Numbered from the whole stretch's first letter, positions 49,147-63,300 are shown. The stretch: 63,926 nucleotides of DNA, filler included, from Octopus bimaculoides (GCF_001194135.2; 8 parts of 8 records of this genome joined end to end with filler, not necessarily neighbours in it), one strand, 5' to 3'. Notes: generated by a model not told the origin, from the letters alone. Translations and numbers: made by a program.

Positions 49147-51829
49147 GAGAGAAATATATACATATATACATATATATATGTATATGTATATATATACATA
49201 TAGCGGGTTAGATGTCCTATTATGGACATCTCTCTTATGTGTTTAAACGTACACTATGTATTTATATGAATAATATATAGTCTATTGACTAGTTTTTTTC
49301 TTCTCGCTAGACCACTGGTAGCAAATAGATTTCTAAATTTTTTTGCTATCTTGAGATTTATTATTATATGTATGTATATATAGAAATATATAGAAATGCA
49401 TCAATACACACACACACACACGTATGTATGTATGTATGTCNNNNNNNNNNNNNNNNNNNNNNNNNNNNNNNNNNNNNNNNNNNNNNNNNNNNNNNNNNNN
49501 NNNNNNNNNNNNNNNNNNNNNNNNNNNNNNNNNNNNNNNNNNNNNNNNNNNNNNNNNNNNNNNNNNNNNNNNNNNNNNNNNNNNNNNNNNNNNNNNNNNN
49601 NNNNNNNNNNNNNNNNNNNNNNNNNNNNNNNNNNNNNNNNNNNNNNNNNNNNNNNNNNNNNNNNNNNNNNNNNNNNNNNNNNNNNNNNNNNNNNNNNNNN
49701 NNNNNNNNNNNNNNNNNNNNNNNNNNNNNNNNNNNNNNNNNNNNGTGTGTGTGTATATATATATACACATACATATGTATGTATGTATGTATATGTATAT
49801 ACTTTTGTGCGGTCGTAGATAAAGCTATGAATAATAACGTGTAGAATATTGGGTTAAAAATCTCCTTGGTTGGAAAAACGCCGAGCACGTCTTTCATGTT
49901 CCCAAATGTTGGTTCATTGTCTCATGCAGCCGTAGATATTTCTTCTCTTTATCATCCGAGGATTTTTTTAAAACCCAATATTTACACTACATCATTTCTA
50001 GCTTTATCTCCTACGAGGTTCCCTGCAAAACATAATACACTTCAATTCTCTGAAAGTTTCTATATTCCTATAATGTAAAGAAATAATTTCATGGCGTATA
50101 AATAGATTAAAAATCCTTTAAGTGAAAAAAGTCAAAGGCTGCATTACACTTTGCTATCTCAGGGTTTGTTTTGATACCAATATCTACACGCTATAGCTTT
50201 ATCTATCCTGCAGCTTTATCTGCTTCGAGTTCACCGTTAATATTTTTGTGTGTGATTTAGGAAGATTAGGTTACTATTTCTAGCAGTTAAACCAACTGTA
50301 TAGACTGGCCCATAGTCAGCTCATGCGTAATCCCTATATTTTTTTACTTGGTGATTTCTTCATAGGTATTTCAGCAAATATAATAAAGGCTGTGCTTTGC
50401 TGAAGATAGTAGACGACTACATTGATGATGATAATGGTGATGATGCTGGTAATTATGATGATGATAATGATAAAGGTGATAGTAATGGTGATGGTGACGA
50501 TGATGATGTTTTTGTTTTTACTACTGTTTCTTGAGAGATGTCGTTACGGTGAACCAGAAGGGGAGACAATCGAAAGAAAACAGAAAAAAAAAGAACACTT
50601 ATTGTGGTAGGGCAGGGGAGTGGTAGTAGTGATAGGGCGTTGGTGGTAGTCATGGCGATGGTGGTGGTAAGGGTGGTTCTGGTTGCAGTAGTGGGTGTGT
50701 TTGTTGCGGTGATGTTGGTAGTGGTGGAACGCCTAGGGAGGTCGTATTTGAGCGATCATCGTACACGACGTTATTAGCAATCTTAATGACATTGCCACCA
50801 GCACCACCACCACGACCACCATCAAATCCACCACCACAACCACCACCACCACCAACAACAACAACAGCNNNNNNNNNNACCACCACCATCACCACCACCA
50901 CCACCATCACCACCACCACCACCACCACCAACAACAACAACAGCAATAACAACAACAATTGCCGCAACATCGACGATGACAATAACTCATTATTACCCTC
51001 GTATATGACTGGTATTTTGATTTTAGTCTTTCGATTTCTCCCCAAAGCAGAAGAAATGTCCCTCTCTAATCCAGAAACAAGGGACTCCCACTTATACATC
51101 AACTAGGTCTAGTTACGTATGTATATATATGTATATATGTATGCATGTATGTATGTATGTATCTGTATATGTGTGTTATACACACATATACAGATACATG
51201 TGTTTATACATATATGAGTACGTCTATATGTTTTGTATGTTTCTTTATGTATGCTTGTACGATATGAATGCATATTATTACATGTGTATGAATCGATGTT
51301 TCAACATATATGTGTGTGTGTGTGTGTTTGTGTGTGGTAGATTCAACTATGTGACATTTATGCTTTATCTGAGACAATTCAGACGGAAGTCAAATGGAAT
51401 GGAATACTATTGAGAATCCAAACTAGGTTCTCTGTAATATACAATTCATTTCCTTTACGTGTCGAGTGCCGTAAGGACAGTATAGACGTCACAGAATTAA
51501 TTTCCTCTTAAACAACACGACAACTTACAGCTACTTGGCGTTACTCGTCCAATACGGCCGCCATTGTTTGAATATTGTTACTGTTGCAATGAACGTATAT
51601 CATCCGGCTAACACGATACACTGTCTGTCTATTAACCGAAAGTATCAAGACTGCGTAATTTTCTTTCTGTTGTTACATAGTGTCCTACCATTCCTTAGGA
51701 CGGAGTATGGCGGAGTTTAAATCAGTGGTTCTCACCATTGCTTCTTTTTTTTGCTATGAATCCCTTGAATCCTATGTTATTCGGGTGGACCCCACGCCCT
51801 TAATAGCCATTCGATATTCTTTTCTTTCT

Positions 51830-53147
51830 TTGATTTATTTGCTTCAGTCATTTGACTGCGGCCATGCTGGAGCACCACCTTTAGTCGAGCAAATCGACCC
51901 CAGGACTTATTCTTTGTAAGCCTAGTACTTATTCTATCGGTCTCTCTGGCCGAACCACTAAGTGACGGGGACGCAAACACACCAACATCGGTTGTCAAGC
52001 GATGTTGGTGGGGGAGGGACAAACACAGACACAAAAACATATACATACATANNNNNNNNNNNNNNNNNNNNNNNNNNNNNNNNNNNNNNNNNNNNNNNNN
52101 NNNNNNNNNNNNNNNNNNNNNNNNNNNNNNNNNNNNNNNNNNNNNNNNNNNNNNNNNNNNNNNNNNNNNNNNNNNNNNNNNNNNNNNNNNNNNNNNNNNN
52201 NNNNNNNNNNNNNNNNNNNNNNNNNNNNNNNNNNNNNNNNNNNNNNNNNNNNNNNNNNNNNNNNNNNNNNNNNNNNNNNNNNNNNNNNNNNNNNNNNNNN
52301 NNNNNNNNNNNNNNNNNNNNNNNNNNNNNNNNNNNNNNNNNNNNNNNNNNNNNNNNNNNNNNNNNNNNNNNNNNNNNNNNNNNNNNNNNNNNNNNNNNNN
52401 NNNNNNNNNNNNNNNNNNNNNNNNNNNNNNNNNNNNNNNNNNNNNNCAACTGGTACTTAATTTATCGACCCCAGAAAGGATGAAAGGCAAAGTCGACCGC
52501 GGCAGAATTTGAATTCAGAACGTAAAGACAGACGAAATACCGCTAAGCATTTCGCCTGACGTTTTAACGTTTCTGCCAGCTCGCTGCTTTAAGAGTCTTA
52601 GAAATATTCGTTTCTAACCTAGGAACAGAGTCTGAAATTTTGGGGGAGGGGGTCAGTCGATTAGATCGACTCCAGTACGCAATTGGTACTTAATTTACCG
52701 ATCCCGAACGAATGAAAGGCAAAATCGACCTCGGCGGAATTTGAACTCATGACATAAACACAAATGAATTACCGCTAAGCATTCCTCCCGGCGTGCTAAA
52801 GTTTTTGCCAACTAGGATTGTTAAAATAGTTTGAGCTGTATTTTTTTATTCTTTTACTTGTTTTAGTCATTTGACTGCGGCCATACTAGAGCACCACCTT
52901 TAGTCGGATAAATCGATTCCAGGACTTATTCTTTGTAAGCCTAGTATTTAGCCTATCGATCTATTTTGCCGAAGGGAACCTAAACACACCAAGATCGGTT
53001 GTTAAACGATTTTGGGCAGACAGACAGACACACACACACACACACATACACACACTCACACACACACACACACGCACACACACACACACACACGCACACA
53101 CACACACACATACATATATATACGACGAGCTTCTTTCAGTTTCCGTC
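51830..53147 (-). mobile_element. SINE cluster: A (51830-52051), B (52447-52590), B (52600-52812), A (52845-53147)
   Basis: Family A tail and middle motifs and family B head and core motifs, all on the minus strand. Confidence 0.85.
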
Positions 53148-53247
53148 NNNNNNNNNNNNNNNNNNNNNNNNNNNNNNNNNNNNNNNNNNNNTTAATTAAT
53201 TAANNNNNNNNNNNNNNNNNNNNNNNNNNNNNNNNNNNNNNNNNNNN

Positions 53248-53293
<46 letters not shown>

Positions 53294-56200
53294 AGAAGTG
53301 ATACAGAATCAAAAACTGATCGTAATATCGGAGATGGTGAAAGGAAAATCAAGAAGAAAAAGGAGAAAAAGAAGGAAAGAAGAAGAAAAGAAGAAGAAGA
53401 AATGTAGGGGAAAAACAAATGGAAGGCCAAGGAGAATAAGACAAAAAGTAGGAAAATGGCAAGGAGGAAGAAGAAAAAACGAAGAAAATGAAGATGAAGT
53501 AGGGGAGAAGATAACGAAGAAAAACACGAAAAAGAACACGAAGAGAGAGATGAAAAAGAAATGAAAAGGACAAAGAAGGAAAACAAGAAACGAAAGTATA
53601 TGATGTAGAAGAAGTAAATGTAAAAGAAGACCAGAAGAAGGAAAATATGAAAAAAAAAGAAGCAGAAAACAAGATGAAAAAGAGCAAGGAAAGGAAGAGA
53701 AACAAAACGAGTGGATTACAGGGCTCGAATGAAAGGAGAGAATCATCTTAGATAATCAGATGAAAAGGAAGACGAAGAAGAAGAGGAGGAGGAGGAAACT
53801 GAAGAAGAAGAAGAACGAGAACAAGAAAAAGAAAAATAACGAGAACAAGAAAATTTGGAGTGAAATGAAAGAAAGCAAAGGAGGAAAAAGGAGGCGAAAA
53901 AGAAGAACATGACGGAGAAGAAGAGGAGGAAGGAGAAGAAAGAGGAGGGGGAGAAGAACAAGAAGAAGAGGATGGTGATGAGGATGATGAAGCAGGAGCA
54001 GAAAAAGACAAGGAAAATGTAAAATAAGAAAAAGAAGAAAGAGGAAAAAGAAGGAAAGGAAGACTATCGAAGAGCGGGTTAAAGAAACGGAAGGAGATGA
54101 AGAAGAAGAAAAAGAAGGCGTCGACGACAACGACGAGGACGACGACGACGACGACGACGAAGAAGAAGAAGAAGAAGAAGAAGAAGAAGAAGAAGAAGAA
54201 GAAGAAGAAGAAGAAGAAGAAGAAAGGATAAGAAAAGCCAGACGAAGAAGAAAACGAAGGGAAGAAGATGAAGAATACAAAGGAGAAAGAGATGAATATG
54301 AAGAAGGAAAGGAAGATGAAGGAGAGGGAAAACAATAAATGAAAGAAGAAGAAGTAAACGAACAAGTAGAAGACAAGAAGAAAAAAGAATAAGAAAAAGA
54401 GAAACAAGAAGAGTGGATTGAAGGAGGTGAATAAAAGGAAGAGAAATATCTGAAGGAAGATGTGAACAAGAAGAAAAACAAGAAGAAAATTAAGGAGAAA
54501 AAAAAGATGCAAAAGAGGAACAATATGAGAAAGGAGAAGAAAAACAAGACGAAGAAAAATAAGATGAAGTAGAAGAACCAATAGGAAAGAAGAAGACGAC
54601 AAAGAAGAAGATGATGAAAGAGAAGCAGAAATAGAAAGGGGAAAATAAAAATAAGTCAAAGTAGAAAAAGATGGAAAAGCAGAAGGAATGGAAGAATATG
54701 AAGTAGAGAGAAGACAAGAAAAGGTAAAAGATGAAGAAGAAGAAGAAAAAGAAGAAGGAGAAGAAGAAACAGTAAATGGGAAAGAAAAAGAGAAGTAAAA
54801 GAGGAAGAAAAGACATGAAAAACGAAAAAAAACCCAAAAAGCATACTATTAAGAAGATCAACAATAGGAAGCGAAAGATGTAGTGGGGATGAAAGAAGGA
54901 GAATAAAAAAGGAGAAAAACAAATTAAAGAAGAAGAAGAAGAAGAAGAAGAAGAAGAAGAAGAAGAAGAAGAAGAAGAAGAAGAAGAAGAAGAAGAAGAA
55001 GAAGAAGAAGAAGAAGAAGAAGAAGAAGAAGAAGAAGAAGAAGAAGAAGAATCAATACCAGGGATATAGTGCCAATATGGTTATAGAATATGAGTTAGAA
55101 TGATAAAAACCACTGAAAAAGGAAAATCTATGTTAAATAGGAGAAATAAATTAAGACCTACGAAAAATTCTCAGAATGAAATCTTAAACGCGTAAGAAGC
55201 TTTCTATCAATCAATCTAAAACTGCCTTCCACTCTTGAATATTGATAAAATAGAAAATATAGATCGTACACTATACAACGTTAATAGTACTCTCTATTGA
55301 AAGTGACTTATGGGTTTTCATCTCCTCTTCTCACTTCTTTTCTCTACATTTTCTATCCTGCATTGTTTAGAAAAAAGAATATAAAGTTAATTTATATAGT
55401 TCCTAATTGTTTTAAATGACTATGTGGTTTTATTACAAGTTGATACTTCCCCCCATCAAAAAAAAAATAATAAATGAATTCCGAATTCATCTGTATCTAC
55501 TTGCAAGAAAAAGAAAAGAAGAAAAAATGAATAATACGGAAGCATAACAAAATATGTAAAAACATTCTCCCTCACAGTCATTCNNNNNNNNNNNNNNNNN
55601 NNNNNNNNNNNNNNNNNNNNNNNNNNNNNNNNNNNNNNNNNNNNNNNNNNNNNNNNNNNNNNNNNNNNNNNNNNNNNNNNNNNNNNNNNNNNNNNNNNNN
55701 NNNNNNNNNNNNNNNNNNNNNNNNNNNNNNNNNNNNNNNNNNNNNNNNNNNNNNNNNNNNNNNNNNNNNNNNNNNNNNNNNNNNNNNNNNNNNNNNNNNN
55801 NNNNNNNNNNNNNNNNNNNNNNNNNNNNNNNNNNNNNNNNNNNNNNNNNNNNNNNNNNNNNNNNNNNNNNNNNNNNNNNNNNNNNNNNNNNNNNNNNNNN
55901 NNNNNNNNNNNNNNNNNNNNNNNNNNNNNNNNNNNNNNNNNNNNNNNNNNNNNNNNNNNNNNNNNNNNNNNNNNNNNNNNNNNNNNNNNNNNNNNNNNNN
56001 NNNNNAAATTAGGAGAATAAAAATGGAAGGAAAAGAAGAAAAAGGAGAAGAAATACAAGGCGAAGAAGAAACGGAAGTAGATGAAAAACAAGAAGATGAA
56101 GACAGAGGTAGAGGAAAAAGAAACATCATAAGATGTAGAACAATAAGATAATGATAATCATGACGATGATGAAGCAGGTGAACAGGGAAAGGGAAAAGAA

Positions 56201-57686
56201 GGAAAAGAAGAAAGTGATGAAAGACAAGAACGAAAAGCAGATGGAGGGACACAACAAGAAAGTCAATAAGGTGAAGAAGAACTGCAAAAAAAAAAAAGAA
56301 AAGGAGAATCACAAAGAAGAAAAAGAAGAGACGTAGATGAAAAAGAACAAGAAGTAAAGAAGTAGAAAAACAATATAAAATGGATTACAGAAAAGATATA
56401 GAAGAAAAAGGACTATTATAAGAACAACAGCAACTCGAAGAAGGAGGAGAAGAAGAAAAAGAAGATGAGGAGGAGGAAGAAGAAGAAGAAGAAGAAGAAG
56501 AAGAAGAAGAAGAAGAAGAAAAAGAAGAAGAAAAAGAAGAAGAAGAAGAAGAAGAAGAAGGAGAAGAAGAAGAAGAAGAAGAAGAAGAAGAAGAAGAAGA
56601 AGAAGAAAAGAAGACCAAGTAAAAGAAATGAAGAAAAGGACAAAGGAGAATTACACAAAGAACACGAAGAAAAGTAAAAAGCAGATGAAGAAGACGAATC
56701 AAGAAAAAGAAGAGGAAGGTGAAAAGAAGAGTAAAAACAAGATTAAGGAAAAGATGAAGAAGAAACAGGAGTGAAGAAAAGATGAAGTAGTGGGTAGAAT
56801 AAAGAGACCAAGAAGTGAAATATGAAGAAGAAAGAAAAAGAAGAAAATAGGTAGAAAAGAATGATTTGAAGAAGGAGGAGGAGGACCAGAAGAAGAAGAA
56901 GACGACGAAGGTGAAAGAATAAACACAAAATGAAGAAAAAGATGAAGACGTATAAGAAATAAAGAAGACGGAAAAAAGAAGCAGAATATGAAAACGAAGT
57001 AGAAGTGTAAGAAGAAAATGAAGAGGAACAACAACTAGAAGCAGCAGAAGGGAGAGACAAAAGGTTGAAGAAGAAGAAGAAGAAGAAGAAGAAGGAGAAG
57101 ATAATGAAGTAGAAGAGGAGGAAGAGGCAGAAGAAGAGGAAGACTGAAAGGAAGAATAAAATCAAGTGGGAGAAAGGCATGAAGAAGTAGAAAAAAGAAG
57201 AGAAAGAGAAGAGAAAAAACAAGAAATAGAAAAATGTAAAAGGGAAGTAGATGAAAATCATGAAAATACAGAACAACAACTGCAATAAAGACAACAACAA
57301 CGAGGAAAACCACAATAGCAACGAGAACAAGACCACAACAAAATACATAGCATTAAGAGCCGAGCAGCAAAAGGCAGAAGAAAATGAAGAAGAAGAGGAG
57401 GAAGGAGAAGAAGAAAACGAACAAGAAGCAGAAAAAAGAAAAGTAGAAGAAAAAATAAGATTTAAAAAGGAATGTGAAAAAAGAAACAGATGAAGAGGAT
57501 GATGATGATGGTGAAGTGGATTAAAGGGGTACAATGTAAAAGAGAAATGCATGTTACAGTAGCAGATGAAACGGAAGAAGTGACGGAAATAAAGAAAAAG
57601 TGGAAGAACAAGAACAAGAAAAGATATAGAAGAAAAAGGAGAAGAAACTAAAGAAGAAGAAGAAGAAGAAGAAGAAGAAGAAGAAG

Positions 57687-57719
<33 letters not shown>

Positions 57720-58121
57720 AATAGGAAAAGAAATGGAAAAAAAATAAGTCAAAGAAGAATATGAAATAAAAGAAACAGATGAAGAGGGTGACGACGACGA
57801 CGATGATGATAATGAAGGAGAAGAAGCTGAAGAGAAAGGAAAAGATGAAATGGTGAAATAGATGAAAAAGAAGAGGAATGTGAAGTAGTGGGAAAAAAAT
57901 AAAGAAGAAGAACAACGAGAGGAAGAACGAAAGGAAGAAGAGGAAAAAAGAATTATTAGAACAGGAGAACAATGGAGTCAAAGAAGAGTTGGGAAAGAAG
58001 AAGTCGAAGATGATGAAATAGAAATAGAGGAAGAAGAAGAATGTGGAATAAATATCAAATATTGAGAAGTTCATCAGAAATGAAATATGAGTGAAATGAA
58101 TCAAATTGCAAGTGCTGTAAG
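53248..58121. repeat. ~4.9-kb degenerate (GAA)-type purine-rich low-complexity block
   Basis: The plus strand is almost all A/G, with pure (GAA)n cores at about 54160-54220, 54925-55050, 56480-56600 and 57655-57715. It includes an AT-rich non-repeat part (55050-55583) and one gap. Confidence 0.9.
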
Positions 58122-58221
58122 NNNNNNNNNNNNNNNNNNNNNNNNNNNNNNNNNNNNNNNNNNNNTTAATTAATTAANNNNNNNNNNNNNNNNNNNNNNN
58201 NNNNNNNNNNNNNNNNNNNNN

Positions 58222-58470
58222 CCGCAGCTACCGCCGCTGCCGCCGCTGCCGGCGCTGCCTCCGCTGCCACGGCTTCCGCCGCTGCCGCCTCTACCGCCGC
58301 TGCCGCCGCTACCGCCGTCGCCGCTGTCGTCGCTGCCGCCGCTGCCGCCGCTGCCGTTACGGCCGCCGTTTCTGTTGCCCTACCCACTGTTACATCACTG
58401 CTGCAATCGCCCTCACAACCGTCACAGTCGCCACCACCTATCGTCTCGATTGCTCCCCGTGACTTTTGAC
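58222..58470. repeat. GC-rich degenerate (GCC/GCT)n tract
   Basis: ccgcagctaccgccgctgccgccgctgcc...; the only strongly GC- and CpG-rich stretch in the window. Confidence 0.85.
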
Positions 58471-59099
58471 AACGCTGTATGGACCCGTCTTCAATATTGT
58501 TAATATTATTACCGTTGTTATACTCCTTAATGTCCTTGCTTGTCCAGAAACCATCTTGTTAATGTTGTTGTTCTCTTTATCCCTTACCGTTATCGTTGTC
58601 GCTACTGCTATTTCAATTTCAGTCATGTGATCGTGCAGATGCTGCTGTTCCAGTTGTGGGTGTGCAAGTGGCACTGACGGGATGGACGTCATTAGTGCAC
58701 AGAGCTGTATCGTTGCTCAACGTTGCATGGCAGCAATCGATACAGAATGTATTTACGTTATTAGTCATGCGATTATCATTATTATCATTATTATTATTAA
58801 ATAATAATAATAGCAAAAATGCTGCTAGTATTGTTTTAATATTATTATCATCTTTATTACAAGTTGTCACGCAATGGAAAATGAAAATATTAACCAAAAT
58901 ATATGCGCGTGTGCGTGTGATCGCATATGGGTAGCTGTGGCGTGGGTGTGTTTGATTCTTTGTGTGTGTATGTGTATATGATGTAACTACTCACACGAGG
59001 ATAAAGAAATCACGTGCTGGAATACACTAATACATACATTCGCTCATAATCTTACACAAACAGTTGCTCATATTTGTGTGCACGTGCCTCTGTGTGTGA

Positions 59100-59144
<45 letters not shown>

Positions 59145-59921
59145 NNNNNNNNNNNNNNNNNNNNNNNNNNNNNNNNNNNNNNNNNNNNNNNNNNNNNNNN
59201 NNNNNNNNNNNNNNNNNNNNNNNNNNNNNNNNNNNNNNNNNNNNNNNNNNNNNNNNNNNNNNNNNNNNNNNNNNNNNNNNNNNNNNNNNNNNNNNNNNNN
59301 NNNNNNNNNNNNNNNNNNNNNNNNNNNNNNNNNNNNNNNNNNNNNNNNNNNNNNNNNNNNNNNNNNNNNNNNNNNNNNNNNNNNNNNNNNNNNNNNNNNN
59401 NNNNNNNNNNNNNNNNNNNNNNNNNNNNNNNNNNNNNNNNNNNNNNNNNNNNNNNNNNNNNNNNNNNNNNNNNNNNNNNNNNNNNNNNNNNNNNNNNNNN
59501 NNNNNNNNNNNNNNNNNNNNNNNNNNNNNNNNNNNNNNNNNNNNNNNNNNNNNNNNNNNNNNNNNNNNNNNNNNNNNNNNNNNNNNNNNNNNNNNNNNNN
59601 NNNNNNNNNNNNNNNNNNNNNNNNNNNNNNNNNNNNNNNNNNNNNNNNNNNNNNNNNNNNNNNNNNNNNNNNNNNNNNNNNNNNNNNNNNNNNNNNNNNN
59701 NNNNNNNNNNNNNNNNNNNNNNNNNNNNNNNNNNNNNNNNNNNNNNNNNNNNNNNNNNNNNNNNNNNNNNNNNNNNNNNNNNNNNNNNNNNNNNNNNNNN
59801 NNNNNNNNNNNNNNNNNNNNNNNNNNNNNNNNNNNNNNNNNNNNNNNNNNNNNNNNNNNNNNNNNNNNNNNNNNNNNNNNNNNNNNNNNNNNNNNNNNNN
59901 NNNNNNNNNNNNNNNNNNNNN

Positions 59922-59969
<48 letters not shown>

Positions 59970-60740
59970 ACATTTAAGTATATGCATGCCTATATGAGCG
60001 TGCATGTGTGCGTAGTATGTGGTATGTGTGTGTGCGTAAGCAGAGTGAGAAAAGTCTGCATATATATAATTTTCAATTCGTACGTGAACAAGTGAAAATG
60101 AAATTGTAACAGAATATCTTCGCCACTGACTTATCTGTATCCGTGTGTGTGTGTGTATTATGTGTATGTGTGTGTATGTGGGTGTGCGTCAATGATTTCA
60201 AACGGGCGTGCGTGCGTGTGTGTAAGTTTAGGTGCTTGTAGAGGTGGTTCGCATAAATTGCTCTTCAGTAACGTATGTGGTTCCGCGTGTGCGTGTTTTA
60301 CTTATAACGAACAAGTAAATCCTACTCAGTCATTATTAAAATATACTCATTCCAATATATTTATTCTGTTGACGCTTCCTGCAGCTACCTTAAGTTCCCT
60401 GTCAAATAACTTATTGATCAAAATTTTTACAGACGTACATACGTACATGCATTTACACACACTCAGATTTATATATATATATATATATNNNNNNNNNNNN
60501 NNNNNNNNNNNNNNNNNNNNNNNNNNNNNNNNTTAATTAATTAANNNNNNNNNNNNNNNNNNNNNNNNNNNNNNNNNNNNNNNNNNNNTTTCTTCCAGTT
60601 TTTTACTTTATCTTTTATTGCTTTCTCTCTCTCTCTCTGCTACAATAACAGAAAGAGGTAGAAGAAAAGGTTTCAGCATTGTTGAGGCAACAGAGAAGCA
60701 TGCTAACACTTCTGCCAGCTCCCCGCCTTCGGCTGCTTTT

Positions 60741-60883
60741 AGTTTCTCCCTACCTAACCCACTTACAAGTCTTTGATCAGCCTGAGGCTGTGATAGAAGG
60801 CACTTGTTTAAGGTCCCACACAGTGGGACTGAACCCAGGACCATGTGGTTGGAAAACAAGCTTCTTACCATGCCTGCCTGCGC
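60741..60883 (-). mobile_element. 5' part of SINE family A
   Basis: cagcctgaggctgtgatagaaggcacttg...gggactgaacccaggaccatgtggttgg...cttcttacc. Confidence 0.8.
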
Positions 60884-61108
60884 GTATGTATGAATATATC
60901 TGTAGTACTAGCTTGTCAGATTTTATCGTGTGTCCTCTATTGAATACAACAATGAGGGAGTCTCTATGTGGTCATTCGACCTGCTAAAAATAACAGCCAA
61001 ATATTTGAGATAGTGCATGCAATATCTAGAAACAAATATGGGATGGTTATGACTGGACTACTTTTGGTCGTAGGTCTGCTCAACTAGGATTTCTGAGGGA
61101 CTTATACA

Positions 61109-61140
<32 letters not shown>

Positions 61141-61849
61141 GACGAAGATGATGATGATGATGATGATGATGAAGGTGGTGGTAGTGGTGGCTGTGTAGGT
61201 GGCAGAGGTGGTAGTGACGACAACCACCACCACCAGCACCACTACCGCCACCACCACTACCACCACCAGCACCAGCATCACCACCACCACCACCACCACC
61301 ACCACAACCACCGCCGTCGCCACTACCACCACCACCACCACCACCACCATCACCAACCTCCACCACCGCTACTACTAATAACAACAATGTATTTTAGTCT
61401 TAGAGTTGAAAAGGTCTCACTCCACTTCTAGTTATTTCTTTCTTATCTGGGACAATGATACCCTTTTGAAAGACTTTCTTATCTCAAATATATTATTTTT
61501 TTTCCAATGAAATGAACTTTTCTTCACCACTTGTAATGCTTTAATCACTGAATATTATTGATATCTCAATAGTATTGGTATGGTTCTAGTTCTTAGAAAC
61601 ACATCCACATTTCGCAGCAGCATTCAGTGACTTATTAAACTTCATGAATATTCAACAATGTTTCCATCTTACCTGGCAACATGTGTATGCATTCATGAGC
61701 ATGCATGTTCATGTATGTGCATTATATTTATGTGTGTGCGTGTGTGTGTGTGCATAAATAGTTGTCGTGAAAATAATTTGTAAGCAAGTCACTGTCAGTT
61801 TCAACACTGATTAGAATAAATAATTATTAGTGACAGGAGCAGTATCAAT

Positions 61850-62426
61850 ATCGGCTTCAAATTTTGGCACAAGTCCAGCAATTTCGGGGGAGGGGGTAAG
61901 TCGAGTATTTCAACCCCAGTGCTCAACTGGTACTTATTTTATTGACCTTCAAAGATTGAAAGGTAAAGTTTGCCCTCAGCAGAATTTGAACTCAGAATAT
62001 AAAGACAAATGAAATGTTGCTAACCATTTTCTCTGGTATGCTAATGAGTCTGCCAGCTCGCAACCTTTTTAGAAAGCTGTCATCATCATCATCATCATTA
62101 TCGTCGTCGTTTAACGTCCGCTTTCCATGCTAGCATGGGTTGGACGATTTGACTGAGGACTGGCGAACCAGATGGCTGCACCAGGCTCCAATCTGATCTG
62201 GCAGAGTTTCTACAGCTGGATGCCCTTCCTAACGCCAACCACTCCGAGAGTGTAGTGGGTGCTTTTATGTGCCACCGGCATGAGGCCAGTCACATGGTAC
62301 TGGCAATGGTTTCGAATTTTGCCACAAGGGCAGCAATTTTGGGGGAGGGGACCAGTCGATTACATCGACTCCAGTGCGCAACTGGTACTCAACTTACCGA
62401 CCCCGAAAAGATGAAAGGCAAAATCG
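61850..62426 (-). mobile_element. Cluster: SINE B (61850-62065), family C LINE tail (62079-62310), SINE B (62310-62426)
   Basis: Motifs as in the other copies; the family C copy is CpG-rich and nearly identical to 42236-42420. Confidence 0.85.
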
Positions 62427-62820
62427 NNNNNNNNNNNNNNNNNNNNNNNNNNNNNNNNNNNNNNNNNNNNTTAATTAATTAANNNNNNNNNNNNNNNNNN
62501 NNNNNNNNNNNNNNNNNNNNNNNNNNAAGTCGAAACCACCACATTTTCAGATCCTCTCCAGAGGTTGTAACCTCGAAAATTGCTTTAGAAAGAGACTGAA
62601 TATATTTACTTGTTCTATGCGCAGGCGCAGCTTTGAAATTTGCATCTTAACCCGACGGGCTTCTCCGCTTTTGTTCTAAGGAGCTGCGATTCTGCAAATG
62701 GTGTCTTAGTTTTTCTTTCTCTTTCTTTTTTTCTTTTTTTCGAATGAGAATAGGATTTGGTTGTCTATAGCAGAGTGCCAGTCCATCGTATATATGTATT
62801 TGTGTGTGCGTATGTGTGTT

Positions 62821-62861
<41 letters not shown>

Positions 62862-62959
62862 TGACATACATATATATATACAAATATATACAAATACATA
62901 TATATGAATATACACGTACATGCTTACATAAAGGTGTGTGTGTAAGTGTGTGTACATAC

Positions 62960-62965
62960 ATATAT

Positions 62966-63025
<60 letters not shown>

Positions 63026-63300
63026 GGAGTTACGACGCAAAAACGTATATATTCAAATGAACATATTTATCTTCTTCAATATATATTTCAGTATAAAGAA
63101 TTCATTAAGGGACTTAATAAATCAAAATTTCTTTACACATCTTCAGGAATAAATATAACATCAGAAAAACTACATTATATATNNNNNNNNNNAAGTCTCT
63201 TAATGAATTCTTTATACTGAAATATATATTGAAGAAGATAAATATGTTCATTTGAATATATACGTTTTTGCGTCGTAACTCCTTTATTATTATTAATATA
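62960..63300. repeat. Inverted duplication around a 10-N gap
   Basis: 62960-63115 is the reverse complement of 63193-63300 except for one substitution and a longer (AAT)n on the left. Confidence 0.85.

Noticed and set aside
58222-58380. Type I antifreeze-like Ala/Thr peptide
   Set aside because: Thr spacing is not the 11-residue periodicity, no start or signal peptide is visible, and the sequence is explained by a GCN triplet repeat.
60241-60280. Hammerhead-like CTGAAGA-GCA/TGC-GAAC on the minus strand
   Set aside because: GAAA is altered and I could not find stem III, a cleavage triplet or a stem I partner. At most it is a decayed remnant.
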